Shown here in pieces: positions 26,201 to 35,923 of a DNA stretch of 64,000 nucleotides. Position 1 is the first letter of the stretch, and each line of letters starts with the position of its first letter. The position numbers were made by a program, and so were the translations under genes. The DNA is from Iphione sp. A-MEVVRFRX5 (taxonomy: Eukaryota): NCBI GenBank assembly GCA_976226885.1, contig OZ320318.1:60884001-60948000 (forward strand). Direction: 5' to 3'. Under the pieces are notes generated by a model, which ran no database searches, had not been told where the DNA came from, and was given only the letters and a program-made list of their open reading frames with translations.

Positions 26201-29200
26201 CTTGACGGGTCTTTTCTTTCTCATTGAATGTCATATGAACATATTCCCTGTCCCTTCCATCAGTTGCTATGTTGAAGCTGTCCTTCCTTAATTCCCTCAA
26301 CCCTTCCCTTCCCCGTCTCCCAAAGTGAACCATTACATTATAAAACACCTGTCTCTGCAGCCCTACTGGATCATCCTTGAACACCTTGGAATAGAGCTTG
26401 TCAATGTCCTCATCTTCTATCACAGACTTATGCTGAGTGTGATCATTGCCCGTTTTGCGAATTTTGGCTACATACCCTTTAAAGGCTAAATTGGCATTCT
26501 TGAAAATGGGGTCGCTCGTAATATTAAATGGTTTGGAAAATGGTGGGTCATTTAGATACCGCTGTAGACCAAAACGCAAATTTTTCACAGCACTCTTTGA
26601 ATACATTTCACCTTTCTTATTATTAACCACTGTATAATATTGTTCGAGGGTATCCGCCAACTGCTGCTGGGAGTAATCTTCAAATGCCGGGTCTTTGCCT
26701 ACTCCAATGAGCCACTCTGAAAAATCATGAAAGTGCTACTAAATAATTGTTTTACAGTGATTTAATTTCATTTCATCCCATCTCCCCCATGTCAGCTTTA
26801 TAATTTACTATGCGTTTCATACCTTTGAACTGCTTGACCGCCCAACGTGTCTGTTGTTTTGTTGCTTCTGCTGTCCTGTGTTCCTTCAATTCGTCCATTT
26901 CCTCCTTGCTTGGCACATGGAAGCGAACGTTTGGATGATTCAAGGGAGACTTCTGCTGCTCATCTATCAATGTTTCTTGAACTGCAATGAAATAATCCAC
27001 ACATACCTACACTATTTGCATTAATGTTCTATGCGCCTCCCCCACCCTACGGAAACTTACATGAAAATCATAGGTAATATGATTGAAATTAATTGGAAAC
27101 TGCATAGACATATACTCACTTTCTCCTTCTGAGAGGGAATCTTGGAATTCTGCTGCATCGAGATCCATTTCGAAGGCCTCCAAGAATTTCGATATTTGGT
27201 ATATTCCTGCGATGTACTCTTCTTTGGTTGCGGTGTTTTCGAGACGATATGCATCTAGTTCCACGTTGGGGTAACGGAATATTTCCTTAACTTTGCATAG
27301 TTTCTCTTGGAAAATCACAAAATCTCCCTCTTTAATCTTAGTTTCAGCCATTTCAGCCGTTTCATTCATTCGACGTTCTCTTGTCAAAAAGATCGTCTGC
27401 TCGACCTGTGTTTATAAAACGTAGGGTTCATTTCCGCTGTTTCGACCAATGAAATCAACTTCCCTTATAGTATTTCCTGTCACATGACTTTTCTTCTATT
27501 TGTTGACAAGAAGGCATTCTTCGACGGTGTTTGTTACATTTCTTAGGAAAATAACCACAATGTCCATTAATTATTTCAGTATAACGCTGTCAAATTTCCT
27601 AACAATAATTCAGGGTCACAAAACTTGTGAGATACATACAAAAGGCGTCAGATTTTCATGAAGCGAGTCGTCAAGGGTCCGCCATTTTATTTTACTTGAA
27701 ACCAATGGTATTGCTGCTTACAAATCGCTTCCCGGGAATGGTCCAGAATTCAAATCCAGCTGAGAACAATCGTTTCTAGGGGACAATGTACCGATTATCA
27801 CAACAGGAGTGTTAGAACGGAGGACAACTCGACACCATCAATACAATTTCGCCATGGACACACACAAACATTAATTAATCATTCCATCAAGCACCACCAC
27901 AATATCACCACATCTGCAATAACCCAGCACTCAGTAAGGAAGTTAACAGTTTCACCACTGATGCGACAGTAGATGTTTCTGCTCTTGCTTTTTGCCAGTT
28001 CGTTTCAAAGCAGGTCCCTGCTGATAAAAATAAATGGAACTGACCTGTACTTTGGAAGCCATTGTAGTATTGGTAGCTTCTTTTTAACATTAGCTAACGT
28101 ACATGTGTTGCGCATGCAGGCACGGCAGTTGAAACTCATGATGCGTTCTTTGACGTCATGGCATGCAGAGGTAACGTCTTTACAGCCCTGTTGTAAGCCT
28201 GGAGTGAAAAAAGAAATAATTAATTGTCTTCACATAAAAAAGAGATCAAAATACATTTAATCGGGGTGTCTAATGGGACTACTTCATTCCCTGGTGGAAC
28301 ATTATCCTCATACTAATGCTAAACTTCAACTTTCTTGTAAATTAAAAACGAATACTTAAAAACAATTTGTGCAGCAGCAAGCAATTTCTGACACTGGAAA
28401 AGTATAACAGTCGACACCCGCGTCGGCGACCACTTCGGGACTGTGTGAAAGCGGTCGCCCCAACAAGTGGTTGCCCCAGTTGTTCACCTCTCTTCTCCCT
28501 CTCACCAAAGTAACTTAGACAATCGTCATATGTGTTAAGAGTCCTAAAAATGCTGAATTTGACGGGTAAGAGTCAAAAGGTGCTGAATTCGACACGTTAA
28601 AGTCCCAAATGTGCTGAATTTGACAAGTAAGACTCCTTCTTACCCTTCTTACTGACAGATTACATGATACATCAAACGGTCAACATGGAAGTAAAATTTA
28701 TAGCTACATTTTTAGAAGCCCTCTTCTACTGCTTTAAAATATAACACGTGCAACATTTATAGCTACATATACATTAAGCCTTCTCATGTGCTACTATCCT
28801 TTGCAATTTACGAACGTGGACAAGCTTAAAACAATTCCTATGAAATTGAAAAGACTTTTATATTCTAGTATGAACAGTTGGTGAACAGTTTGTAAACCGT
28901 TCCTTAATGTACCAACATGCTCCTAAACGTGCAAATACATCTGTATGCGCTATGTACCGTGGCATGAACTCGTAAGTTCATTGTTGATATAAAGTTAATC
29001 AGTCATAATTCGCCTGGGTCATAAAACAACAAATGTTGTAAACATATAATGTCACTGTGTGTGATAATAATTCAGATGAATATTGACAAGAAGCAAACAA
29101 CTCCAACGAGACAAAAACGTCATTCATGGCTAGTTACATAAATACGATGTACACGTTTTTGGGGTGTGTTTACCCACCCTCAGCAGTTGAGCATGTCACG

Positions 29201-29647
29201 TGATAAAGCAACAAAGTTCGAGACAATGCGCGTTTTCTATTAAGAAGTTCGTAGAGAAATAATTTGTACATGACCTTTGCGCTCAAATAAAGTATTAAGT
29301 TCGTCTTTGCATTCGTGTTGTTAAAGCGAAGGACTCAGACACGACTGTACTTAAAACGTCAGAACGTTCACATTTATCTAGTTTCCCTGTTATCGGAGAC
29401 CCTTAGACGTTGCCAAGTATATGTGAACTATAGACAATTGAACGCTACAACTGGAGCAGACCAAGAACAGGGACAGATTTGGACAGATCAAACTGGGTTT
29501 TCTCGTATCCAAGGGCTCAGAGATGGGGACAGACATGAAATAGGGCCAGAAACGACCTTTTAAGCAGACTTGAATTTCACAGCTACCCAGAATTGAAATG
29601 GTGAATTCTTATTTTATTCAGCTACCTTGTACGCACGATTTCGCCAT
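6880..29647 (-). CDS. SLC26A11: Sodium-independent sulfate anion transporter (SLC26/SulP family), spliced and 3'-partial: join of 29647-29626, 28198-28045, 17856-17754, 17251-17059, 16877-16792, 15083-15004, 13486-13432, 13222-13135, 12211-12027, 9518-9446, 9256-9206, 8982-8922, 7616-7420, 6938-6880
   Basis: All 14 exons have AG/GT boundaries with matching phases and total 1407 nt (469 codons). The translation contains KKKLPILQWLPKY, GDLIAGLTVGLTVIPQGLAYA, YGLYSAFMGCFVYCLLGTSKDITLGPTAIMSL, YRIDANQELIAIG and YPVTGSFSRTAVNSQSGVRTPAGG, closely matching SLC26A11. The last TM segment and STAS exons were not found and presumably lie left of position 1. Confidence 0.95.
7420..7616 (-). CDS. SLC26A11: SLC26A11 coding exon 13 (TAVNSQSGVRTPAGGLWTG...KLWLIR-K)
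   Basis: Acceptor gtcaatag, donor gtgagt, 197 nt. Confidence 0.95.
8922..8982 (-). CDS. SLC26A11: SLC26A11 coding exon 12 (ASNLVGSFAASYPVTGSFS-R)
   Basis: Acceptor gctttacag, donor gtaatg, 61 nt. Confidence 0.95.
9206..9256 (-). CDS. SLC26A11: SLC26A11 coding exon 11 (RRNKYRIDANQELIAI-G)
   Basis: Acceptor atttcag, donor gtgagt, 51 nt; NQEL motif. Confidence 0.95.
9446..9518 (-). CDS. SLC26A11: SLC26A11 coding exon 10 (KIGGGLAVVPLMGVVESIAIGNAF-A)
   Basis: Acceptor ggtttcag, donor gtaaga, 73 nt. Confidence 0.95.
10450..11370 (-). mobile_element. 5'-truncated LINE RT remnant
   Basis: Minus-strand translation KNGVPQDFVLGPVLFTLYINN...EYAIYADDTII. A 23-bp tandem duplication (11372-11417) sits at the truncation junction. 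Confidence 0.8.
11789..11927. other. Assembly gap (others at ~13918-14047, 17547-17732, 57007-57151, 57240-57403)
   Basis: Runs of N; ends approximate. Confidence 0.95.
12027..12211 (-). CDS. SLC26A11: SLC26A11 coding exon 9 (RNAVVVLVASSLAG...GLPPFNLPPF...ALDMLA)
   Basis: Acceptor ctcttctag, donor gtgagt, 185 nt. Confidence 0.95.
13135..13222 (-). CDS. SLC26A11: SLC26A11 coding exon 8 (KIKNMKWRNDSEMTRCLRCCKKFIWIFTT-A)
   Basis: Acceptor atatttctag, donor gtaagg, 88 nt. Confidence 0.88.
13432..13486 (-). CDS. SLC26A11: SLC26A11 coding exon 7 (LWDFLLGLICMIVLFTMK)
   Basis: Acceptor ttttttccag, donor gtagga, 55 nt. Confidence 0.9.
14213..14295. repeat. (CT)n microsatellite
   Basis: Direct read. 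Confidence 0.95.
15004..15083 (-). CDS. SLC26A11: SLC26A11 coding exon 6 (KWLGLTVKSRAFIPQLYWTFANIEHT-N)
   Basis: Acceptor ctttgttcag, donor gtaagt, 80 nt, phase 0 to 2. Confidence 0.9.
16792..16877 (-). CDS. SLC26A11: SLC26A11 coding exon 5 (FIIDFIPYPVINSFTVAAAITIACGQIK)
   Basis: Acceptor catttttcag, donor gtgcgt, 86 nt. Confidence 0.95.
17059..17251 (-). CDS. SLC26A11: SLC26A11 coding exon 4 (YGLYSAFMG...MGIFSL-G)
   Basis: Acceptor gtctttcag, donor gtgaga, 193 nt; SLC26 signature region. Confidence 0.96.
17754..17856 (-). CDS. SLC26A11: SLC26A11 coding exon 3 (CPEFQGDLIAGLTVGLTVIPQGLAYAQVAELPPQ)
   Basis: Acceptor tttatttcag, donor gttggt, 103 nt, phase 2 to 0. Confidence 0.95.
19490..20110. 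repeat. ~67-bp minisatellite, 10 copies, with three-unit higher-order structure
   Basis: The gacctgatgactttg anchor recurs at 19500, 19567, 19633, 19708, 19775, 19841, 19908, 19976, 20043 and 20097. Confidence 0.92.
21100..21900 (+). mobile_element. Highly decayed LINE RT fragment
   Basis: GVPQGSVLEPIMFTLYI at about 21273-21325, preceded by a frameshifted RT domain 3-4-like sequence. Confidence 0.65.
22518..22645. repeat. Short tandem repeat (ggttctgc..tgagcac x4)
   Basis: Two ~70-bp units, each made of two subunits. Confidence 0.75.
23229..23848. mobile_element. PIF/Harbinger-like MITE
   Basis: TIR gccccggtttccttac / gtaaggaaaccgggcc (15/16), TGA 3-bp duplication, internal ~30-bp tandem repeats. 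Confidence 0.82.
25081..25197. repeat. 117-bp near-perfect palindrome (cruciform-capable) with a GGCC-GCA-GGCC core
   Basis: Left arm gtttaggcctaggctcta-actttttgtgcgataatccaagccc against the reverse complement of the right arm, gtttaagcctaggctctatactttttgtgcgataatccaagccc: 1 mismatch and 1 indel. Inner stem gcaccc/gggtgc surrounds gaggccgcaggccga. Confidence 0.95.
25433..25459 (-). terminator. Two AATAAA polyadenylation signals of the recombinase gene
   Basis: Plus-strand tttatt at 25454-25459 and 25433-25438, 60-90 nt after the stop codon. Confidence 0.55.
25521..27369 (-). CDS. Crypton-type (DUF3504/KCTD1-ZMYM-like) tyrosine recombinase, three exons, 534 aa: join of 27369-27120, 26981-26823, 26716-25521
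   Basis: Exon 1 (250 nt) ends A|gtgagt. Exon 2 runs tttcattgcag|...AAA G|gtatga (159 nt). Exon 3 starts ttttcag|AG TGG (1196 nt to the stop). The junction restores TRWAVKQFK-E-WL. Catalytic motifs are intact: HFGRRGREGLREL (R), EKEKT (K), YTNHCIRST (HxxR), VTGHKN (H), SLAPY (Y). There are no internal stops or frameshifts. Confidence 0.92.
27411..27450 (-). promoter_or_regulatory. Candidate core promoter of the recombinase gene
   Basis: TATAAA on the minus strand at 27416-27411, about 42 nt upstream of ATG 27369; CCAAT/ATTGG box at 27446-27450. Confidence 0.55.
28045..28198 (-). CDS. SLC26A11: SLC26A11 coding exon 2 (..LQQGCKDVTSACHDVKERIMSFNCRACMRNTCTLANVKKKLPILQWLPKYR)
   Basis: Acceptor ttttttcactccag, donor gtcagt, 154 nt, phase 1 to 2; carries the family motif LPILxWLPxY. 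Confidence 0.92.
28535..28640. repeat. Three ~32-bp tandem units next to a pogo-like TIR fragment
   Basis: tgctgaatt(t/c)gac x3; cagtcgacacccgcgtcggcgaccac near 28408. Confidence 0.55.
29195..29204. promoter_or_regulatory. CLEAR-like E-box (GTCACGTGAT) in SLC26A11 intron 1
   Basis: Matches 9/10 of GTCACGTGAC; related CACGTGAC at 31299-31306 and CACGTGAT at 31943-31950. Confidence 0.4.
29626..29647 (-). CDS. SLC26A11: SLC26A11 coding exon 1 (MAKSCVQ-G)
   Basis: Kozak accATGG; 22 nt ending in G|gtagct (phase 1), in frame with the open phase-1 exon at 28198. Confidence 0.7.
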
Positions 29648-32600
29648 GGTAAACGGTTTCTCTCGCGCCTCGTGAAAAGATGGAGCACCAGCTCGAACCC
29701 AGATTGAGAGAGTAGCGGTCAGGTGAAGGACATCGACCCGCCTTCCAGCTTATCCAGCCCAAGTCGATGGTTGATCCTTAATATATCTCTGATCTGTACG
29801 CATCGTGTGTCCCATTTGAAAATATCGATGGAAAGGACTGGTGACTTTTACTGGGTATCCAGATAAAACAATATTTTCCTTCCAGTGGAGCCGGTAAAGG
29901 ATAGCAGCTGTTTACAGTTTAGGGTAGGCTGTATTGTGGATTTGTCACGTTCCTCTTATGAGTACAGGTTTCCTTCTCATAAAATGGCACTCCAGTTCCT
30001 TACGTCAGCTTAAATGTTGCCTTTCAGGCTATCTGTGAGTTTTTGAACCTTCCTTCGTGATAACACAGGAATGAAATATGCATTACTACCGACAGCTGGA
30101 GTGGGAGCTTGTTTTCGCTGTCCTCTGTGCTGATCGTACACAGATTACTGAATAACACGTCATTCTTGCCTTTGCATGTGGTGTTTGAAATTCTAGTTTC
30201 CTGCAAGTGTGTGGATGCCTTCAACTTGTTTGCAGGCCCGGGTCCCGGTGAAGGGCCTTGGTATGCTGGCCATCAGCACTGTCGCCATTTCAGCGGCAGG
30301 TCTGCACCAGCGAGCAATCGAAAGCAGCCAGCCAGCGAGCCTCGCGCACAGCGGTGCTACTTCTAGCGGGGACAGTTGATGCTGCTCCTGCAGCGCGGGT
30401 CTCCGCTCCGGCTGTGCTGTTTACATCATCGCCTCAGGGCCTGAAAGCCTACCGGTCACTCAGAGCGACTGCTGGTCACAGACCGTGTACAATAATGTAT
30501 ACATGTTGCGGCTATCCGCCCCCGCCCCCTCCTCTCGCACACCAAGGTACACACACCAAAGGAAAGCTAAAAATACAATTAAAAGACTGTAATCTTAGAA
30601 ACATGTCAGTTTTAGGCGAAAATGTGTCACTCAGCAGAAATAACCTCTGCAAAGACACAATCCCTATCGATTGCCTGAGGACAACTGGCAGTGTGTAAAT
30701 CAGGATAGTCCCACTGAAATAACTCAGATTAACTACAGTCCGGCGATCAGCCGACTATGCAGACAGTGGTGACATTTCGTCGTACATCGCTTTGCTCGTA
30801 TTCACTGCACGTACGAACACATTTTCTTTAAAGCTGCCTTACAAGAAATATCGTACTAGGGGTCTAATCTTAATGGCAGCTGTCAAGGGAATTTATTACA
30901 GCAGAAGCGCATGGATCATGTGCACGCTGTGTACGTAAGAAGCATGATACTGCTGGAGTAACGACAAACATAAATTTGTAAGATGTACGGCTGAAGAAAA
31001 CTGCTACTAGTTCCAAAATATTAAAATAAAGATGTGTCATTGTGATAAACATGTCGATATAACGGAGTTCGTCGTAACGATGCCTAAATGTATAACCTTG
31101 ACTACCGATGCTGAGCAGTGTTATTATTAGGGAGAAATTCCTTCCATTTCAGATGTCTACTTGCTAAGTAACTGGGAAAGAAGTCTGACAGCTCGAAATC
31201 TAAGCTTGAGGCAAATCAGCATCGGTTACGTATCCTGACTATGAGGTTACTGATAAAGATGACATTTTAAAAAAGTACAGAACATATGTACGGTATCACA
31301 CGTGACGCCCTAGGCAGCTCAATGCTAAAAACAAGCACTTCTGATGCTTTCAGTTTTATTTTTGCCATAAAAATATCTACCTATATATATGTACACATAC
31401 ACATATTTATACATGTATATAATTGCAATCCCTAGCAAATCGCCGCATAACGGACTCAATTTACATCTCCTGGACCAGGAAATGTAGAACTGAGGTAAAG
31501 AAATCGAACAGATGCCAGACGATACGTTACCTTTTCCTCTCCGTCAACTAGCGTCCTGTGTTGGGTGTTGAGAGGAAGAAAGCCTCCTCTTTTAAGGGAA
31601 ATTTCAGAGGATCGTCTTTAGACGATCAAATGGATATATCAAAGTAGGCGTCGGCAATCCGATCTCAACCGGAGAGGTCATTGTTATGAGGAACCGCCCC
31701 CACATGTCGAGCAACTCATGGTATTATGCTTGTAGGAAGGGAGCTACTCTTTCTAATCACCTGTGGCGATATCTCAGGTGACCACCTGGTGCTCAACCTA
31801 GAAACTTGAGTATAGACTGACTCTGTAACATGTGATAACGTGTGATAAGAAACCCGCGGTTCCCATAGTGACATTCTAATAAAATGTGTATAAAATGTGA
31901 AAACCAGTAGATAAATGTCTGGGATATTTCATGACTAGAACACACGTGATCTTCTCATGCTCTTTGCTTCCCACGGAGACACGTGGAAATTTCGGTAGGG
32001 TAGGGGGTGGCGGGTGATCTCTTCTTCACCACAATTATCTCATTACTGAAATGTCCATACTTCATATTATCTCCTTTCATTATGAGAGACAAATGTACCT
32101 CTATTATGTATGTTAAAATGTTAAATGTATGTTAATTTTTTTTAAAGCCGCCCTTGGCCACTTCAACAATAAAATATTATTCCACTCAAACCAACCTAAA
32201 AATCAGTGTTACAGAAATCATCCACATATGAGTCACCCTTCTAAATTTAAATCCTCGCTAGTCTCGTGCCACATTTAACAATACAACATGTGGGCGGGGA
32301 TGGCCTCAGACAACCCCCAGACTCTTCCTTGGGCGAGAATGATGATCATAACAGGATATTATATTTGTCTACTACTTATAACAATATTAGTACTGTCTGT
32401 CCCGTGATAACAGGGGGGGTCAGCTATTTTGGTGAAGCGTTATTGGGTGTTTTAATTCTTCGTGAAACGTTATTTGCCCTCCTAAATAGAGGTGAAACGT
32501 TACTGGGCAATTAATGGTGATACGTTATCAAGGAAACAATTCTTGGTGAAACGATATCTGCTCTTTTTTTAAGCGTTACAGGTGATTTGAATTGTTGGTG

Positions 32601-33727
32601 AAGCGTTATTAGGTATGCCCTGACTCCCCCTGTGTGATACCGCCAATGAATGAAAGAAATTTCCCTCATCCTCATCCCCACCATTCTGGAATGCTGGATG
32701 GCACGTGACCTCATCAACGTGGGCTTGATCAACGCATAATAGTTCTTTTTAATCTGGAAACGTAGCTAGGACAGAGGAAGAAAGAAGAGCGGTGTTAGTG
32801 AAGGTGGAAAGTGCTAATTATGTCATCATAACAAGTATGCGTGAAACATGAACAATTTACATTGATCACCGACTAACTTTACACACTTGCCTGAATTTTT
32901 TTAAGGGGTTGAAATATTTCAGACCAATTTAAACCCACCTAAGAACATCTTCAACTAGATGTGAACCCTGCCAAGCATAAATTATCACCCAGTTGCGTGT
33001 GTCGAAGCACTATATCACATAACAAGGTAACAGAAAAGTTGACGCTTCAGCAGAAGCTGAACCTAATACTACAGAACAGAACTGGATGTTCATGTAGACA
33101 AAGGCTGCAGCAAAGTAAGTGGACTCCTCAAAATGTAAGTTAAGATCTTACCAGATGAGAATTACCACACCACCACTGAAGCAAAAGCTCATCGGATTAC
33201 ACCAGACATAAATTAAAGACGGCTGATCTGGAGTTCTTCACAAAATTTAGGCCACTAGGTTATGCTGCTTGTCTATTTAGGGCCTCCATCGTGAGCCCTC
33301 GTGATAGCCAGTGACATTGGTCTGACTGACCTTTAGTCATCACAGGCTGGGTCACTAAGTTTAGACAGCGACCAGTTGACACTTGCGGGCTTTTTACCAA
33401 GTATTATTGGGAATTTCTATCCGTTTCAGGAGTTATTCTTTTAATAATTCCTGTGCCCAATAAATGCTATAAGACAAAAGAGGTTCGGGATAGAAAATAT
33501 TCCTGCAGCAAACTATGGCTTGCAGGGACTAAATGTTTATGGAGGTAAATCAACCAAGAAGCATATGACTGCCTACCGATGTAAACACGAAGAGGCAACC
33601 TCAAGAGCCTTTACTTACAGAGCAGTATAATCAGCACGTGAATCTCTCAGACTAAGTTCTGCGGAACCCTCTATTTCAAGCAGTCTCAGTGGCATTTAAA
33701 TCTACACGCATGTATATATATAAACTA

Positions 33728-34288
33728 CAGGAGAACCCCACCATGCGACCAGCCGCTTGGGGCAACCAGTCGCCCATGGCGACCACTTTTGCTCAGAACG
33801 GATGGAATTTTAATACATTTCCTACATGATTTACTTCGCCTATGGCGACCACTTGGCTTGGGCGACCATTCGCCCATTAAGACCACTATTTTCAGTACCA
33901 AAGTCATGATTTCAAGGTGTCTAGTGTGACCACTGGCCCCTATATCCAAGAAACACTACGAAAACAACACATGAGGGATGCCTGTCGCACTTCTTTGAGG
34001 GTAACCGGGGTGACCACTAGCCCCTATACCCAAGATACACTACGAAAACAACCCCTGAGGGACTCCTGTCGCGCTTCTTTGAGGGTAACTGGGGTGACCA
34101 CTACCCCCGATACCCAAGAAACACTACGAAAACAACCCTTGAGGGACTCCTGTCATGCTTCTTTGAGGGGGAGACAGAGAGAGGGAAATAGAGAGAGAGG
34201 GAGACACCCAATGCCTTAGGCGACCAGTTGCCTAATGCGACCACTTCAGCTCAGTCCCTTAGGTGGTCGTATTAGGCGGGTTCTCCTG
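33728..34288. mobile_element. Tc1/mariner-pogo-like MITE with internal 84-bp tandem repeats
   Basis: TA|caggagaaccc...gggttctcctg|TA; three 84-bp units starting at 33926, 34010 and 34094. Confidence 0.8.
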
Positions 34289-34545
34289 TACCTGGGCCAT
34301 GACATTCTGCAGGAAAGAGTTTGTAACACAGAACCAAATAAACATCTCACTTAATCAAGAAAGTACTGAGAAAGGGAGTTCTTTTTACAGTGTACAGATA
34401 TAAGTCTATAAGCACTGTCTAGGTGAGATAACTGCTGTGCGATGTTGCTGAGTGGTGCCACTGAAAGTCTGGGCACCGACAGTCTTAGCCAGAGCAGACA
34501 CCCATAAACTATGTATGGCTGAAATGTGGGCATGATAAAAAGATA

Positions 34546-34722
34546 AAGTCAAGACCCTATTTACAACCACATTGATTTATGACTGTATCTAATTTATGAC
34601 CATTTAAGATGGGAACAAAACTCATGGTTGCTATAGGAATTGTGATCAATTTATGACCAAATTTGCCAATACAACCTGTTCAGCTTGATCCAAAGAGGTG
34701 GTCATAAATAGAGTTTCGACTG
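34546..34722. mobile_element. Older copy of the 51637 pogo-like MITE family
   Basis: aagtcaagaccctatttacaaccac...gtggtcataaatagagtttcgactg|ta. Confidence 0.7.
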
Positions 34723-35750
34723 TACATCACAATGGAGATCTCAGGAGCTACTAGGAAAGGTGTTGACAGTAAACACCTGGAAAAGACATGTATCATGAAA
34801 GGGTGCTAGGCTAGGACCAGGGGTTAATTTGAAAATTGGCTAGTCATGACCCAGGTTATGCACCTAAGTCAGAGTTTATGTTCCCTATGACCTAAGGCTA
34901 CAACAGGTTACAAACTATGTACCTAAGGTTGTGAACTGTGACATGGAGGTTGCAAACCCAACATAAGGGTCATGAACTTTTGCTACATAATGTCCTTGAT
35001 TTTTCTTGACTTTTCAGAGGACTCCTTCATGCCACCTGTATGTGTCGACTCTGCTGAAATAAAGATCAGCCAACTTGGAAACCTGTGTCGTCTTGAGTTG
35101 TGTTACAAGCTATAGTGTAGCCTGTAGGTTATTTATAGCTGACACCAGCCATCCACACTTGTGACAATGCCTCCGCCTAAAGTATAAACCTAAGATGTTT
35201 TAATAAAAGTATATCTAATACGATGAGAAGCACACAATTTAATCATTTTAAATTTGTTTGTGTGGAAGTTATAACTACAAACGTTGACAGGATGTCAGCA
35301 CAAATACCATGCAGTAATCTAAAGTAGATGGCATCTGAAAGTGGTCGGGTGGACAGGACTTGTGACTCTGCCTCCAACTAAAGTATGAATAAGTTTAATA
35401 AAAGCATATCTCATATGATGAGAACCCCACAATTTAACCATTTTGCAATTGTTTGTGTGGAAATGACACAGGAGTCCAAGAAGAAAGGCATACGACAGGT
35501 AGGAACATGGCAGTCAGCAAAGACACATATCTACGGCTGCACGTGTGTGAAGATTTATGTTTAATTTCATGAACACATTGTAATTTTACACAAATGGTAC
35601 TTGAGTGTTTTAGGTAGTAGTCAGTGCAGAGTGTCACTCAAATGTCGAGGCAGCCTGAAGCTGGGTCACCTCCCACTGCACCCTCTCAAATGAGGAATGG
35701 TCAATAGAAAGAGTAGAAACAATCGTTTACAACTGCAAGTTCATAATTAC

Positions 35751-35752
<2 letters not shown>

Positions 35753-35782
<30 letters not shown>
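35753..35782. repeat. (AT)n microsatellite
   Basis: Direct read. Confidence 0.9.
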
Positions 35783-35784
<2 letters not shown>

Positions 35785-35923
35785 GTCATGCATCTAAACT
35801 CTATGTTTAGTACCCGTGTATTAATATAGCTGGTCAAGAATGGCGAGCAAACAGGGCTCAGGTACCTGCATACCACAGACTGAGAACTAACCTGAAAATT
35901 TTCAATTCCAATTTCAACAGTTA

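Larger units (their letters stand above)
25081..27700 (-). mobile_element. Putative Crypton DNA transposon copy (ends approximate) nested in SLC26A11 intron 2, same strand as the host
   Basis: Intron-containing tyrosine recombinase with no RT or gag next to it; own promoter and polyA signals; long palindrome about 320 bp past the stop. The termini could not be fixed from one copy. Confidence 0.65.

Noticed and set aside
27006-27009. Alternative acceptor tag|GTA for recombinase exon 2
   Set aside because: It is phase 0 and incompatible with the phase-1 gtgagt donor; tttcattgcag at 26982 fits.
26773-27387. ORF-track entries of 75 aa and 126 aa as independent genes
   Set aside because: They are exons 2 and 1 of the recombinase plus read-through into introns.
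25293-27688. cgccatttt direct repeats (25293, 27680) as Crypton termini
   Set aside because: This is the common YY1-type motif; one 9-bp match is too weak to define the ends.
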